Notes: generated by a model from the sequence alone, not told the origin. Shown: positions 49,606 to 62,193, numbered from the stretch's first letter. The stretch is DNA of 64,000 bases from Octopus sinensis (GCF_006345805.1 NC_042998.1:45570001-45634000); one strand, 5' to 3'. Numbers and translations are program-made.

Positions 49606-50615
49606 AGATAAGACAGTAAGGTGTGATTTGAGGGAGATTGGCTGCTATTTCTACCATGTCTAGCTGCCATGTAGGGGTCTCCCTCATAGGCTCATACATA
49701 CATATATACATAGATAAGACAGTAAGGTGTGATTTGGGGGAAATTTGGCTGCTATTTCTACCAGGTCTAGCTGCCATGTAGGGGTCTCCCTCATAGGCTC
49801 ATACATACATATACATAGATAAGACAGTAAGGTGTGATTTGGGGGAAATTTGGCTGCTATTTCTACCAGGTCTAGCTGCCATGTAGGGGTCTCCCTCATA
49901 GGCTCATACATACATATATACATAGATAAGACAGTAAGGTGTGATTTGGGGGAAATTTGGCTGCTATTTCTACCAGGTCTAGCTGCCATGTAGGGGTCTC
50001 CTCATAGGCTCATACATACATATATACATAGATAAGACAGTAAGGTGTGATTTGGGGGAAATTTGGCTGCTATTTCTACCAGGTCTAGCTGCCATGTAGG
50101 GGTTTCCCTCATAGGCTCATACATACATATATACATAGATAAGACAGTAAGGTGTGATTTGGGGGAAATTTGGCTGCTATTTCTTCCAGGTCTAGCTGCC
50201 ATGTAGGGGTTCCCTCATAGGCTCATACATACATATATACATAGATAAGACAGTAAGGTGTGATTTGGGGGAAATTGGCTGCTATTTCTACAGGTCTAGC
50301 TGCCATGTAGGGGTCTCCCTCATAGGCTCATACATACATATATACATAGATAGACAGTAAGGTGTGATTTGGGGGAAATTTGGCTGCTATTTCTACCAGG
50401 TCTAGCTGCCATGTAGGGGTCTCCCTCATAGGCTCATACATACATATATACATAGATAAGACAGTAAGGTGTGATTTGGGGGAAATTTGGCTGCTATTTC
50501 TACCAGGTCTAGCTACCATGTAGAGGTCCCCCTCATTGGCTCATATATATATATACATACATAAGACAGTAAGGTGTGATTTGAGGGAGATTTGGCTGCT
50601 GTTTCTACCAGGTCT
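49606..50615. repeat. Tandem minisatellite, about 106-bp unit, 9 full copies plus a partial one
   Basis: agacagtaaggtgtgattt starts at 49611, 49717, 49822, 49929, 50035, 50142, 50248, 50352, 50459 and 50564. Confidence 0.95.
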
Positions 50616-50930
50616 GTTAGGCCTTCTCATGTAAACTCAAGCTTTCTCATGCCTTGAACATAAGACCAAAGCAGAGAATGTATTCGTTTATTCTTCTGCT
50701 TTTTCCAGCCATTGGTCTGTGGCCATGCTGGGGCAATGCCTTGAAGAATTGTAGTTTAATGAATCAACTCCAGTTTTATTTTTGTAAGCATTGTACTTAT
50801 TCTATCTGTTCCTTTGTCAAACCACTAGGTGACAGGGATGTAAACAAACATTCGTTGTCAAGCAGTGGTGGAGGACAATCACAAGCACAGACACGCACAC
50901 ACACACACATACATGCATACACATATACAC

Positions 50931-50961
<31 letters not shown>

Positions 50962-50979
50962 TATGTGTGTATATATATA

Positions 50980-51238
50980 TTGCAGCCTGGAAGGTGTTTG
51001 TAAGCCATTTAAGAAACACACAAAAACCGTTACATTCACTTCAACATTTAAATTTAATTTGCCAAAATATTTTCGTCGCTTTGAGACCGCAACCTGTTCA
51101 CTGACAAAAATATCGTGCTAACAGGTCGCGGTCTCAAAGCGACGAAAATATTTTGACAAATTAAATTTAAATGTTGAAGTGAATCTAACGGTTTTTGTGT
51201 GTTTCTTAAATGGCTTATAAACACCTTCAACGCTGCAA
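50980..51238. repeat. Palindrome with about 119-bp arms and 21-nt spacer (probable Penelope pLTR tail-to-tail junction)
   Basis: 50980-51098 is the reverse complement of 51120-51238 with few mismatches. Confidence 0.9.
51059..51107 (-). ncRNA. Type I hammerhead-like ribozyme with a G3-C8 variant core
   Basis: Minus strand reads UUGUCA GUGAACA G GUUGC ggucucaaa GCGAC GAAA AUAU U U UGGCAA: 6-bp stem I, 5-bp stem II and palindromic stem III. Confidence 0.6.
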
Positions 51239-51398
51239 CTGTTTTCGTTCCAGCACACGATCTCAGATCAAGTCACTTGCTATGCATGTACATCTCTGTA
51301 ACTATATATATATTTATATATATATATATGTATATTGGTAAAAACAGTAAGATAACAAAAGAAAGAAAGAGACCTCAATATTATGTAAATAGAGGAAA

Positions 51399-51792
51399 TC
51401 TTTATATATAAAAGTGAGGTTGTGTGTCTGTCTCCTACGATTTAGATTCCTAACTACTCCCACATTTTGCAGTGCAGTTTAACCAAAACCGGGTGTCTTA
51501 TAGTCGTGATTCATATCGAGACCGTCTGGGTATTAGCGCGCGTCTACGATGAGTCTACGATTTAAAAAAAATTTACCATCAATTTTTCCCATTTTTAATC
51601 CATTTTTGACATATATAAGGGAAGTAACTCTCTAAAATTTATTATTAAATCTCAGAACGTAAAAAGCTACAGTAACACCCCTCCCCCTTTGTGGTTAGCC
51701 ATATTGAGATGGCTATTATACTTTACATCTCTAAAAATGCTTATATAATTATTTCCCTTACAAACCCGAGCAACGCCGGGCGATTACTGCTA

Positions 51793-51793
<1 letters not shown>
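51399..51793 (+). mobile_element. Non-autonomous Helitron, family 1
   Basis: TC...CTAG|T. Matches 16438-16832. Confidence 0.85.
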
Positions 51794-51835
<42 letters not shown>

Positions 51836-53881
51836 TATATATGACGGGCTTCTTTCAGTTTCCGTCTACCAAATCAACTCACAAGGCTTTGGTTGGCCCA
51901 AGGCTATAGTAGATGACACTTGCCCAAGATGCCACGCAGTGAGACTGAACCCTGAACCATGTGGTTGGTAAACAAGCTACTTACCACACAGCCACTCCTG
52001 CGCCTAATTCATAATATATTTCTATTAAAAGTTGCTTCTATCTTTTTTTAAAATTTATTTTTTACTTGTTTCCGTTATTGAACCTGCAGTGTTTCTGGGG
52101 CCCCACCTTGAAGGGTTTAGTCAAACTAACTGACCCCAGTACTTGTTTTTAAGTCTGAAACTTATTCTTTCAGTTTCTTTTGTTTGAATTGCTAAGTTAT
52201 GGAAATGTAAACGAAACACCACCGGTTGTGAAGCAGTGGTGGAGGACAAACACAAACACATGGTACTTGTTGACTCAGGAGCTATAGTAAAAAACACTTG
52301 CCCCAGGTGCTGTGCAGTGGGACTGAACCCAAAATCAGGTTGCAAAGCGAGTTTCTTAACCACACAGCCTTGTCCACTCCTATGTTAAATTAAATGAAAT
52401 CAATATTTTTTTTTTTTTTTAAAAAGGCTTTCTCCTTTTCTTCTTTCCTGATTTATGAACATTTCTCTGTTTTTGTTGTGATTTCCTTCTTAAACAACTA
52501 ACTATCCTTTAATCTTAGAGATTTCTTTAAGCTTAGAAAGCAGTTTGTAAGAAAACAGAAGATAATATATTATACCATGAAATAAAGTAGGAACTTATGT
52601 ATTGGGTAGGATTTTTTCCTTGAATAAGAAGACATCAATGATAAATTTTTTGAGTACAATGTTGAATTATAGTTCCAAACATTAATCACAGATTTTGCAT
52701 TATATTCTCATGCCTCTTTGCTTTAATCATAAGTTAATCCTCTCATAACCTACAATAGTTCATGAAGGTTGCTCTATAAGCATGGTTATGAAAAGAAAAG
52801 CTAATCTTTCTTTGCATACGATGCTAGATCTCACGAGGTAATTTTCCCAGAAGGTAAACCGGCATATATAGAAGCATGTGTTTTGTCAAAAAATATATCA
52901 AAATACTATGACCCAAGAGGTGCATGTCATAATTCTTATACGTGTAAAGTGTATATAATTTTTATACATGTACAGTGCAAAATAAATGGGAAATGTTAAA
53001 TAAATTGGTGGCTTACAGTTCTGAAATAAAATCTTGTCCATGCTTGGTCAAGACTTGTGAAATAAGATCCATTGCTATTTCATCTTCCCACAGTTAATAT
53101 TAAAAACGATAAACATCGCCCTTTTCAAGCCTAGCCAGGCTTATGGGCCTGGTTTCTCAGTTTCTGTGGTGTATGTGTTCCCCCCAGCTGGACAGGATGC
53201 CAGTCCATCGCAGCGTTACTCAAGAAACAGGAAGAGAGAGTGAGAGAAAGTTGTGGCGAAAGAGTACAACAGGGGTCGCCACACCCCCTGCAGAACCTCG
53301 TGGAGCTTTTAGGTGTTTTCGCTCAATAAACACACACAATGCCCGGTCTGGGAATCGAAACTGCAATCCTCCGACCGCGAGTCCACTGCCCTTACCACTG
53401 GGCCGTTGCGCCTCCACACAGTTAATATTACTAACTTTTATATATATTGAAAACTTTATGTGTTTATTATTAGTTGTAGTGGCTGTGTGATGCAGGCATG
53501 GCTGTGTGGTGAGAAGTTTACTTTCCAGCCATGGAATGGATTTGCTAGCCAGAAACTAAAAGAAGGCTATCACATACAAACATGCATGCATGCATACATA
53601 CATATGCATATACATACATACATACACATATGGATGTGTGTGTATTTGTGTCTCTTTGTCTTGACATAGCATGATAATTGTAAAATGATTGTCACAGTTA
53701 TATAAGCAGTGTCATTTGTTTCTAGTATTCTGTGGGAACTTGTCTGGTCATGGAGAAATATTGCCTTGCTTGTCAACAGGTGGTTTGTGGCAGGAAGGGC
53801 ATCACTCCATAGAAAATCAGCCTCAGTAAACTCTACTTAACCCATGCAAGCATGAAAAAGTGGATGTTAAAGTGATGATGG

Positions 53882-53913
<32 letters not shown>

Positions 53914-53975
53914 GTGATAATGATGATAGCCAATATTTTATTCATTCGACTCCTTTTCTCTCTATATAATTTTAG

Positions 53976-54215
53976 GAAGCAGTTATATTTCTCCTTGGAC
54001 AAACCTAAGAAGTGTAGTGTCATATTCCACAGCTGAGACATCTCAAGGTCTTCAGTATAGCACTAAATATATGCTAAGTTCTGCTGCTACTCTCAATGCA
54101 AACTGCTACAGTCCTGCATTATTAAATGACCAAATTCAGTCTAGTCCTCCTGAATATTGGCCACTCGAGGAACAGTATAAAGCTCAGCAAACTTCTCCAA
54201 TGGATTCATTTCAAG
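53976..54215 (+). CDS. Sox30: Sox exon 4
   Basis: Acceptor tttag|GA AGC and donor CAAG|gtaagc. 240 nt, phase 1-1. Encodes GSSYISPWTNLRSVVSYSTAETSQ...PMDSFQ. Confidence 0.78.
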
Positions 54216-57200
54216 GTAAGCAATTATCAATATTTTCATGCAACATCTTCTGATCAATTCATAATTCTTTTGTGATTCAACTAAGATATAACCAAGATAG
54301 TCTCAATATATCTATGTGTGTGAGTGTGTGTATGTATCTCAAACAAAATCACCCTGGGTCCATTATGCAAATTTAGGCCTTCCATAAGCTAATTTTTTTC
54401 TCTGACACTCACTACTATAGACTAATTTTAATCCAGACAGCCTCTTCTCCTTAGCTTTACTTCATAATAATAATAATAATAATATTTACATAAACATTAT
54501 ATTAGTTACTTGTACTGTAATATTTTGCAGTATGTTGCTAGATTGCTTTAGATATTGATTTCAAATTTTAGCTCAAAGCCAGTAATTTCTGGGGAGGGGC
54601 AAGTCGATTACATCGACCCCAGCGCTCAACTGGTACTTATTTTATTGATCCCAAGAAGATAAAAGGCAAAGTCAATCTTGGTAGAATTTGAACCCAAAAG
54701 TAAAGAAACAGTACTGTGAAATTGAATACCTAGTGGTATTTCTTTACATCCCTTTCTGTTTTACATTTAAGTCCTAGTAGAGGTTAAGTTTGTCTTTTAT
54801 ACTAATGATACACAGTGTGCTCCAGATGGACCACAAGTGATCCATACCAACGTTTTTGGTGGTCAAATGTGAGTTTTATGTCCTGCATAATGCATTATTG
54901 TCATCATTGTTTAACATCCACTTTTCCCTGTTCATATGGGTTGGATGGAATTTGTTGGGGGTGCATTTTCTATGGTTGGATGCTCTTCCTGTTGCCAACC
55001 CTCAATTATTTTCAAGTAAGGTAATATTTTCCCATGACAAGACATGTCTCAGAAAACTGGAAATAAAAGACACCACTTGCATGACAGTGACACTTGTTTA
55101 CAACTATCACACAATGTCAAGGAAAGATGACAATAACACATGCATGCATGCACACACACACGCATGTGCGCGCGTGCACATACATACACACACACACCAG
55201 ACTTCTTTCAGTTTCCTTTTGTCAAATCTACTCACAAGGTTTTTGTCAGCCCCAGGGCTATAGTTGAAGACATACATCCAAGGTACCACACAGTGGAACT
55301 GATTCTGAAACCATGTGATTGTAATTGGAAAGCAAACTCCCTGTCACACAGCCACACCTGTGCCTGTTTAATACAGTTTAATATAAATTTATATTTGATG
55401 GGCCATGAAGTTTTCATCACTAATTTTGTGGATCACCCTCTGAATGAATAATACAAGTTAAAAACAGGATTTTTTCGAAAATGTGTAACATTGTACAATA
55501 GTTAGCAATTATATTTCAATTCTTTTGTGATTATATTTCTAATGAATAGACTGTTTCAATTAATTTTTAATATAATGAAATTTGATTCGAGCGAGGTTGT
55601 TGCCAGTGCCGCTGGACTGGCTCCTGTGCAGGTGGCACATAAAAAGCACCATTTGAGCGTGGTCGTTGCCAGTACTGCCTGACTGGCCCTCGTGCCAGTG
55701 ACACATAAAAGCACCCACTATACTCTTGGAGTGGTTGGAGTTAGGAAGGGCATCCAGCTGTAGAAATTCTGCCAGATCAGATAGGAGTCTGGTGCAGCCA
55801 TCTGGTTTGCCAAACCTCAGTCAAATCGTCCAACTCATGCTAGCATGGAAAGTGGATGTTAAACGATGAACAAACGATTGGGAAGAGTTTTGTAAACTAT
55901 CTGTAGTTCTGTATAATAGTATATTATTTTAGTATTGACGAATTGAAATCTCAAGATATAATTCATATTATAACGAGCTTTAATGTGGTAGGTCTCAGAT
56001 GAGTTGGTATTAGAAAAAGGTTAAAACCTCTCCAGTTTCATTTTTACGACATTTCTGTTACATATTGTAAAGAAATAAATCGAAGAGATTGTTCTTAGTT
56101 TCTCTTTTGCCTTTCTTTCTTTCACTCATTCTCTTCTGTTATGTAACAAAGATGGTGAACATTACAGAACAATAGGGCCAAGTCTATAAACCAGTTATTT
56201 TTTATTGATTGATTACAGAGCAGTGGATTGGTGGAATTGTTGATGTATCAGAAAAAATGCTTTGCGCTAAGTAGCAATTTTTCTGGGTCTTTACTTTCTG
56301 AGTTCATAACTTTGCCTTTCAGTCTTTCAGAGTCGATAAAATAAAGTACTAATCAGGTACTGGGAGTTAATATAATCGATTCTTCCCCGCCTCTAAAATT
56401 ACAGGCCTTGTTTCATAATTTGAGACCATTATGAAAAGGCAGCAAGCTGGCAGAATCGTTAGTGCATCAGGCAAAATGCTTGGCAACATTTCTTCTGGCT
56501 CTTTACCTTCTGAGTTCAAATCCTGCCAAGGTCGACTTTGCTTTTCATTCTTTTGGGGTTGATAAAATAAACTACCAGTCAAGTTGAGGGTTGATATAAT
56601 TAACAGATTCCTTCCTTCAAATTTGCTTGCCTTGTATCTAAATTAGAAACAACTGTGCTGGTGCCACGCTGTGCTAGTGTGACACTGTGCCAGTACCACA
56701 TTGTGCCAATGTCATGTCACTGTGCTGGTGCCATGTAAGAAGCACCCATGCTAATACTGTGTAAAAAGCATCCAGTGCACTCTGTAAAGTGTTTGGCATT
56801 AGGAAGGGTGTCTAGCCATAGAAACCATGTCAAAACAGACAACTGGAGTCTGGTGCAGCTCTGCGACTGGACAGCTCCTGTCAAACTATCCAACGCATGC
56901 CAGCATGGGAATTATGAATTGGGTAGCAAGGCTGTCACATACCTTGAGAAATGCAAGAGTGTCACAATATACTCTTTCCCAAGGCAGCTAGCTGCCAGAA
57001 ATGTTAGCACACTTGGGCGAAATGCTTAGCGGTATTTTGTCTGTCTTTATGTTCGACCAAGTTTGACTTTGCCTTTTATCTTTTCGGGGTCGGTAAATTA
57101 AGTACCAGTTGCATATTGGGGTAGATGTAATTGACCAGCCCCCTCCCCCAGAATTTCAGGCCTTGTGCCTAGAGTAGAAAAGAATATTCCAAAACGATAA

Positions 57201-58129
57201 GGTGGCGAGCTGGCAGAAACGTTAGCACGCCGGGCGAAATGCTTAACGGTATTTCGTCTGCCACTACGTTCTGAGTTCAAATTCCGCTGAGGTCAACTTT
57301 GCCTTTCATCCTTTCGGGGTTGATTAAATAAGTACCAGTTACACACTGGGGTCGATATAATCGACTTAATCCGTTTGTCTGTCCTTGTTTGTCTTCTCTG
57401 TGTTTAGCCCCTTGTGGGTAGTAAAGAAATAGGTATTTCGTCTGTCGTTACATTCTAAGTTCAGATCCCACCAAGGTCAACTTTGTCTTTCATCCTTTTG
57501 GGGTCGATAAATTAAGTACCAGTTGTGTACTGGAGTCGATCTAATTGACTGCCCCTCTCTGAAATTTCGGGCCTTGTGCCTAGAGTAGAAAAGAATATAT
57601 TCTTTCTTGTACTACAAACTTTATTCCCTTTGCCTATCTATATTCTCTTTGCCTGTCTAACAAACCAGCAATTGCATATTAAATTCCAATATTCTCATAC
57701 TTATAATTTATCTTTTACTTTTTACTTATTTCAGTCATAGGACTGTGACCATGCTAGGACATTGTCCTTGAAGGGTTTTACTTGAATGAACCCCAGTACT
57801 TATTTTTCTTTTAAGCCTAGCACTTATTCTATCTGTCACTTATGCTAAACTGCTAAATCATAGGGATGTAAACAAACCAACACCAGTTGTCTAGTGGTGG
57901 TTCAGGACAAATACAAACCCAAAGACACTTCCCCATACATACACATACAATGGGCTTCTTTCAGTTTCCGTCTACCAAATCTATTCACAAAGCATTAGTC
58001 GGACCAGGGCTATAGTAGAAGACACTTGTCCAAGATGCCACACAGTAGGACTGAACCTGGAACCATGTGGTTGGAAAGAAAACTTCTTACCACACAGCCA
58101 CAACATGTTTTTTTTCTTTTCTCTTGCAG

Positions 58130-58351
58130 ACCTTTCCAGTTTATCAACAACTCTAAAAACTGACGAAAGCAGTGAATCAAATGAAAATTTATCTTTTCTT
58201 GAATATATGCATGGTCAGGAATACCTCTTCAATTCAACAATGCCCGTTTCTGAGGAACCATTTATCTCTCCTGATAAGCTGTCTCCTATTTTACATAAGT
58301 GTTCTGACCAAAGTATATTGGAAATTCCTGAAAGCTATTCAAATTCAAAAG
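58130..58351 (+). CDS. Sox30: Sox exon 5
   Basis: Strong polypyrimidine tract ending ttgcag|, donor AAAG|gtaata. 222 nt, phase 1-1. Encodes DLSSLSTTLKTDESSES...SYSNSK. Confidence 0.78.
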
Positions 58352-58619
58352 GTAATAATCTATGCCAAAGTATTTCAAATTTTTTTATTTTACCTTCTTA
58401 ATGGTTCTGCACACCCTTTCTTCTTTATAGCTCTTTTAGCTATAACTTTTCTTTCTTTTTTCTTTGTATTTTGTTCTCTGTACTGTGTATGCACTTTAGG
58501 TTTTCATTGCTGTCTTTGTTTACTTGAATTACTGTTGCTTTTTGTCTCCTTTTTACCCTGTATCAAGGTTTAGATTTGGTTGAGAAGCAAGCTTCTTACC
58601 ACACAGTCACATTTGTGCC

Positions 58620-58650
<31 letters not shown>

Positions 58651-59077
58651 CATCATCATCCATCATCATCATCATCATCGTTTAACGTCCGTTTTCCGCG
58701 CTAGCACGGGTTGGACGGTTTGACTGGGGTCTGGGAAGCCAGGAGGCTGCTCCAGGCTTCAGTCTGATCTGGCAGAGTTTCTACGGCTGGATGCCCTTCC
58801 TAACACCAACCACTCTGCGAGTGGAGTGGGTGCTTTTTACGTGCCACCTGCACAGGTGCCAGGGTGGGTCTGGCATCGATCACGATCGGTTCGAGCTTTT
58901 AACGTGCCAGCCAAGGTGGCGCTGGCATCGGTCACGTTCGGATGGTGCTTTTTGGGGGTGCAGGTAATATAGGGAAGCACCAGTGGGGAGGGTTGGGGTG
59001 AGGAACGATGACAGCTAGGGTTGATGCAGGTTCATATACATATATATATATACATATACATATATATATACATATAC

Positions 59078-59125
<48 letters not shown>

Positions 59126-59155
59126 ATACATATACATATATATATATACATATAC

Positions 59156-59189
<34 letters not shown>

Positions 59190-59219
59190 ATATATACATA
59201 TACATATATATACATATAC

Positions 59220-59382
59220 TTTATTTTAAGCAGCAGAAAATTCAACAAAATCTGTTACTCTGAGTTTCTCGTTGCCGTTCATCAGACAGTTTTTGCTAGA
59301 ATGTATATGAAACTGTCTGATGAACGGCAACGAAAAACTCAGAGTAACAGATTTTGTTGAATTTTCTGCTGCTTAAAATAAA
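59220..59382. repeat. Palindrome with about 73-bp arms containing a degenerate hammerhead-like motif
   Basis: 59220-59292 is the reverse complement of 59310-59382. Arms read CUGU CUGAUGA acggcaacga (G/A)AAACUCAGAGUA ACAG. Confidence 0.9.
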
Positions 59383-59797
59383 GCATATTACTCTACCACT
59401 GGTATTTGAGTACTCTTTTTTCCACCTTGTTTCACATTTATGTGTTTACTCCGGTATAATACATATATATATACAATATATATATATATATACATATACA
59501 TATATTATATACATATATATATATATATATACATATAATATATATACATATATATATATACATATATATTATATACATATACAATATATATATACATATA
59601 TATATATAGGCACAAATGTGGCTGTGTGGTAAGAAGCTTCCTTCCCAACCATATGGCTTTGAGTTCAGTCCCACTGCATGCCATCTTGGGCAAGTGTCTT
59701 CTACTATTGCCTCAGCCAACCAAAACCTTATAACTGTATATGAAAGATGGAAACTGAAAGAAGCCTGTCGTGTATATATATATATATATAGAGAGAG

Positions 59798-60141
59798 AGA
59801 AAATACTAGAGTGAAAAAACGACAGAAGGCTTGAATGTTAAAAAATATATATATTTGCGTCAATATGTCTGAAGAATATTAGAAAATTTAAAAAAAAAAA
59901 TTTTTTTCCTCTTATAATGACATAAATTAAAAGAAATACCGGTTTCGCGTGTAGCTTTTCAAATTCTTGTGAGAAATTTGAAAAGCTACATGCGAAACCG
60001 GTATTTCTTTTAATTTATGTCATTATAAGAGGAAGAAATTTTTTTTTTTTAATTTTCTAATATTCTTCAGACATATTGACGCAAATATATATATTTTTTA
60101 ACATTCAAGCCTTCTGTCGTTTTTTCACTCTACTATTTTCT
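59798..60141. repeat. Near-perfect palindrome with about 170-bp arms and 4-nt loop
   Basis: Symmetry centre at 59969-59970 (caaattct tgtg agaaatttg). The arms differ mainly in poly-A/T run length. Confidence 0.92.
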
Positions 60142-61126
60142 ATATATTCACCCATGTGCTTTCACAAACCAACTTTCTTATCTATCTATATATATATATA
60201 TATATATATTAAAATATAGATATATAGAAAACAAAATTATTTTATTCTACACAGGTAGAAAAATAGAAAAAAGAAGTTGAAAATGCACTAGGATTTGTTT
60301 AGGTTCATTTCACAGATTTCTCTTGCAAAACAGTTGCAGCATGGCTCCACGTCTTTCTATCTCAACTTTTGAAGATCAGAAAAATCTGTGAAAATGGTTA
60401 AGTCTTTAAAAATTTATGAATCCCAGTACATTTTCAACTTCTTTTTTCTGTGTGTGTGTGTGTGTGTGTGTGTTTGTCCCCCATCACTGCTTGACAACCA
60501 GTGTTGGTGTGTTTACATCCCCATAACTTAGTTCAGCAAAAAAAAACAAAAAAAGAAACAAACAAGACTACTGGGGTCGATTCACTCGACTAAAAAGTTC
60601 TTCAAGACTGCCAGTAATAATCTGTAAAACAACAAAGAAAGGCATTACTTCTCAGAAGCTGGGTGCTACTTTTGACTCATGCTCTCTCTCTCTCTCTCTC
60701 TCTCAATATATATATATATATATATATATGGGCGCAGGAGTGGCTGTGTGGTAAGTAGCTTGCTTACCAACCATATGGTTCTGGGTTCAGTCCCACTGTA
60801 TGGCACCTTGGGCAAGTGTCTTCTACTACAGACGCGGGCTGACCAAAGCCTTGTGAGTGGATTTCGGAGATGGAAACTGAAAGAAGCCCATTGTATGTAT
60901 GTGTGTGTATATGTTTGTGTGTCTGTGTTTGTCCCCCCCAACATCGCTTGACAACCGATGGTAGTGTGTTTACATCCCTGTAACTTAGCAGTTTGGCAAA
61001 AGAGACCGACAGAATAAGTACTTGGCTTACAGAGAATAAGTCCTGGGGTTGATTTGCTCGACTAAAGGCAGTGCTCCAGCATGGCCACAGTCAAATGACT
61101 GAAACAAGTAAAAGAGTATATATGTA

Positions 61127-61764
61127 CTAGCAGTATCGCCCGGCGTTGCTCGGGTTTGTAAGGGAAATAACTATATAAGCATTTTTAGAGAGTTATAGCC
61201 AAAAAATAGCAAAAAATGCATTAAAAATGGAAAAAATATGATGGTAAATTTTTTTTTAAATCGTTGACTCATCGTAGACATTTTTAGAGAGTTACTTCCC
61301 TTATATAATAGCGAAAAAATGCATTAAAATGGAAAAAAAACGATGGTAAATTTTTTTTTAAAATCGTAGACTCATGTAGACGCTTTCTTAGCCATTTCTG
61401 TTTTGGTGTCTTCAAGCCATGAAGTCGTTGTTCTAAAAGAACACTGGTCTCCTTGACAACGCATTACGACGTTGATTTCCTTACACTCCCTTCCCCACAG
61501 GTGCAGGTGTGAGCGTGGACGCCAACTCTGCCGCCATCGACACACGAAAAATTATGCATTAAAATGGAATAAAAAATGATGTTAAATTATTTTTAAAATC
61601 GTAGACTCATCGTAGACGCGCGCTAATATTCAGACGGGCTCGATATGAATCACGACTATAAGCTACCCGAATTTGGTGAAACTGCACCGCAAAATGTGGG
61701 AGTAGTTAGGAATCTAAATCGAAGGGGACAGACACTCACACAACTACAGTTTTATATATATAGA
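61127..61764 (-). mobile_element. Non-autonomous Helitron, family 1 (longer variant)
   Basis: Minus strand TC...CTAG. Shares both ends with 51399-51793. Confidence 0.8.
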
Positions 61765-61799
61765 TATACATAGTGCAGTAGTGGTGAGATGTGACAGCA

Positions 61800-62160
61800 A
61801 AGAAAAGCATACGTTCACTCTCTGCATGCAATTAGACTCGGAAAGTTCGTGAGGAACCCATTGACCCAATTTGCTGACTTTTCCGATAGCACACAGGTCT
61901 CAATGAATGGTTGAATGACCAAATCCAAGCTTCTCTGCTAGTTCCTCAACAGTTACGATGAGATTTTATTCCACCAGGGTTTTCAGGATGTCCTTGTCGA
62001 GTTCTACAGATCTTTCAGGATGAGGCTCGTCTTCTAGGCTGTAGTTTATGGCTCGGGATTTCTGGAACCACCATTGACACTGCCTTACGCTTATTGTCCA
62101 ATCCCCATATACTGCATTAAATATTCTTTGCACACATTTATATTCTGTTATTCTTTTATA
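61800..62160 (-). pseudogene. Old mariner transposase N-terminal fragment
   Basis: Minus-strand frame reads QWWFQKSRAINYSLEDEPH...LGQWVPHELS with stops. Confidence 0.7.
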
Positions 62161-62193
62161 TGTTTCAGCCTTGAGGTTGTGGCCATGCTGGAT

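Noticed and set aside
49412-50519. Repeated ORFs MAARPGRNSSQ... and a possible CRISPR-like array
   Set aside because: Tandem units have no unique spacers, there are no cas genes, and the context is eukaryotic. No hammerhead core was found in the unit, so it is not a retrozyme.
58932-59693. Tyr/Ile-rich ORFs; similar ones at 24765-25169, 34629-34932, 62074-62547 and 63038-63313
   Set aside because: (TA)n, (TG)n, (CATA)n and (AAT)n microsatellites lack stops by chance.
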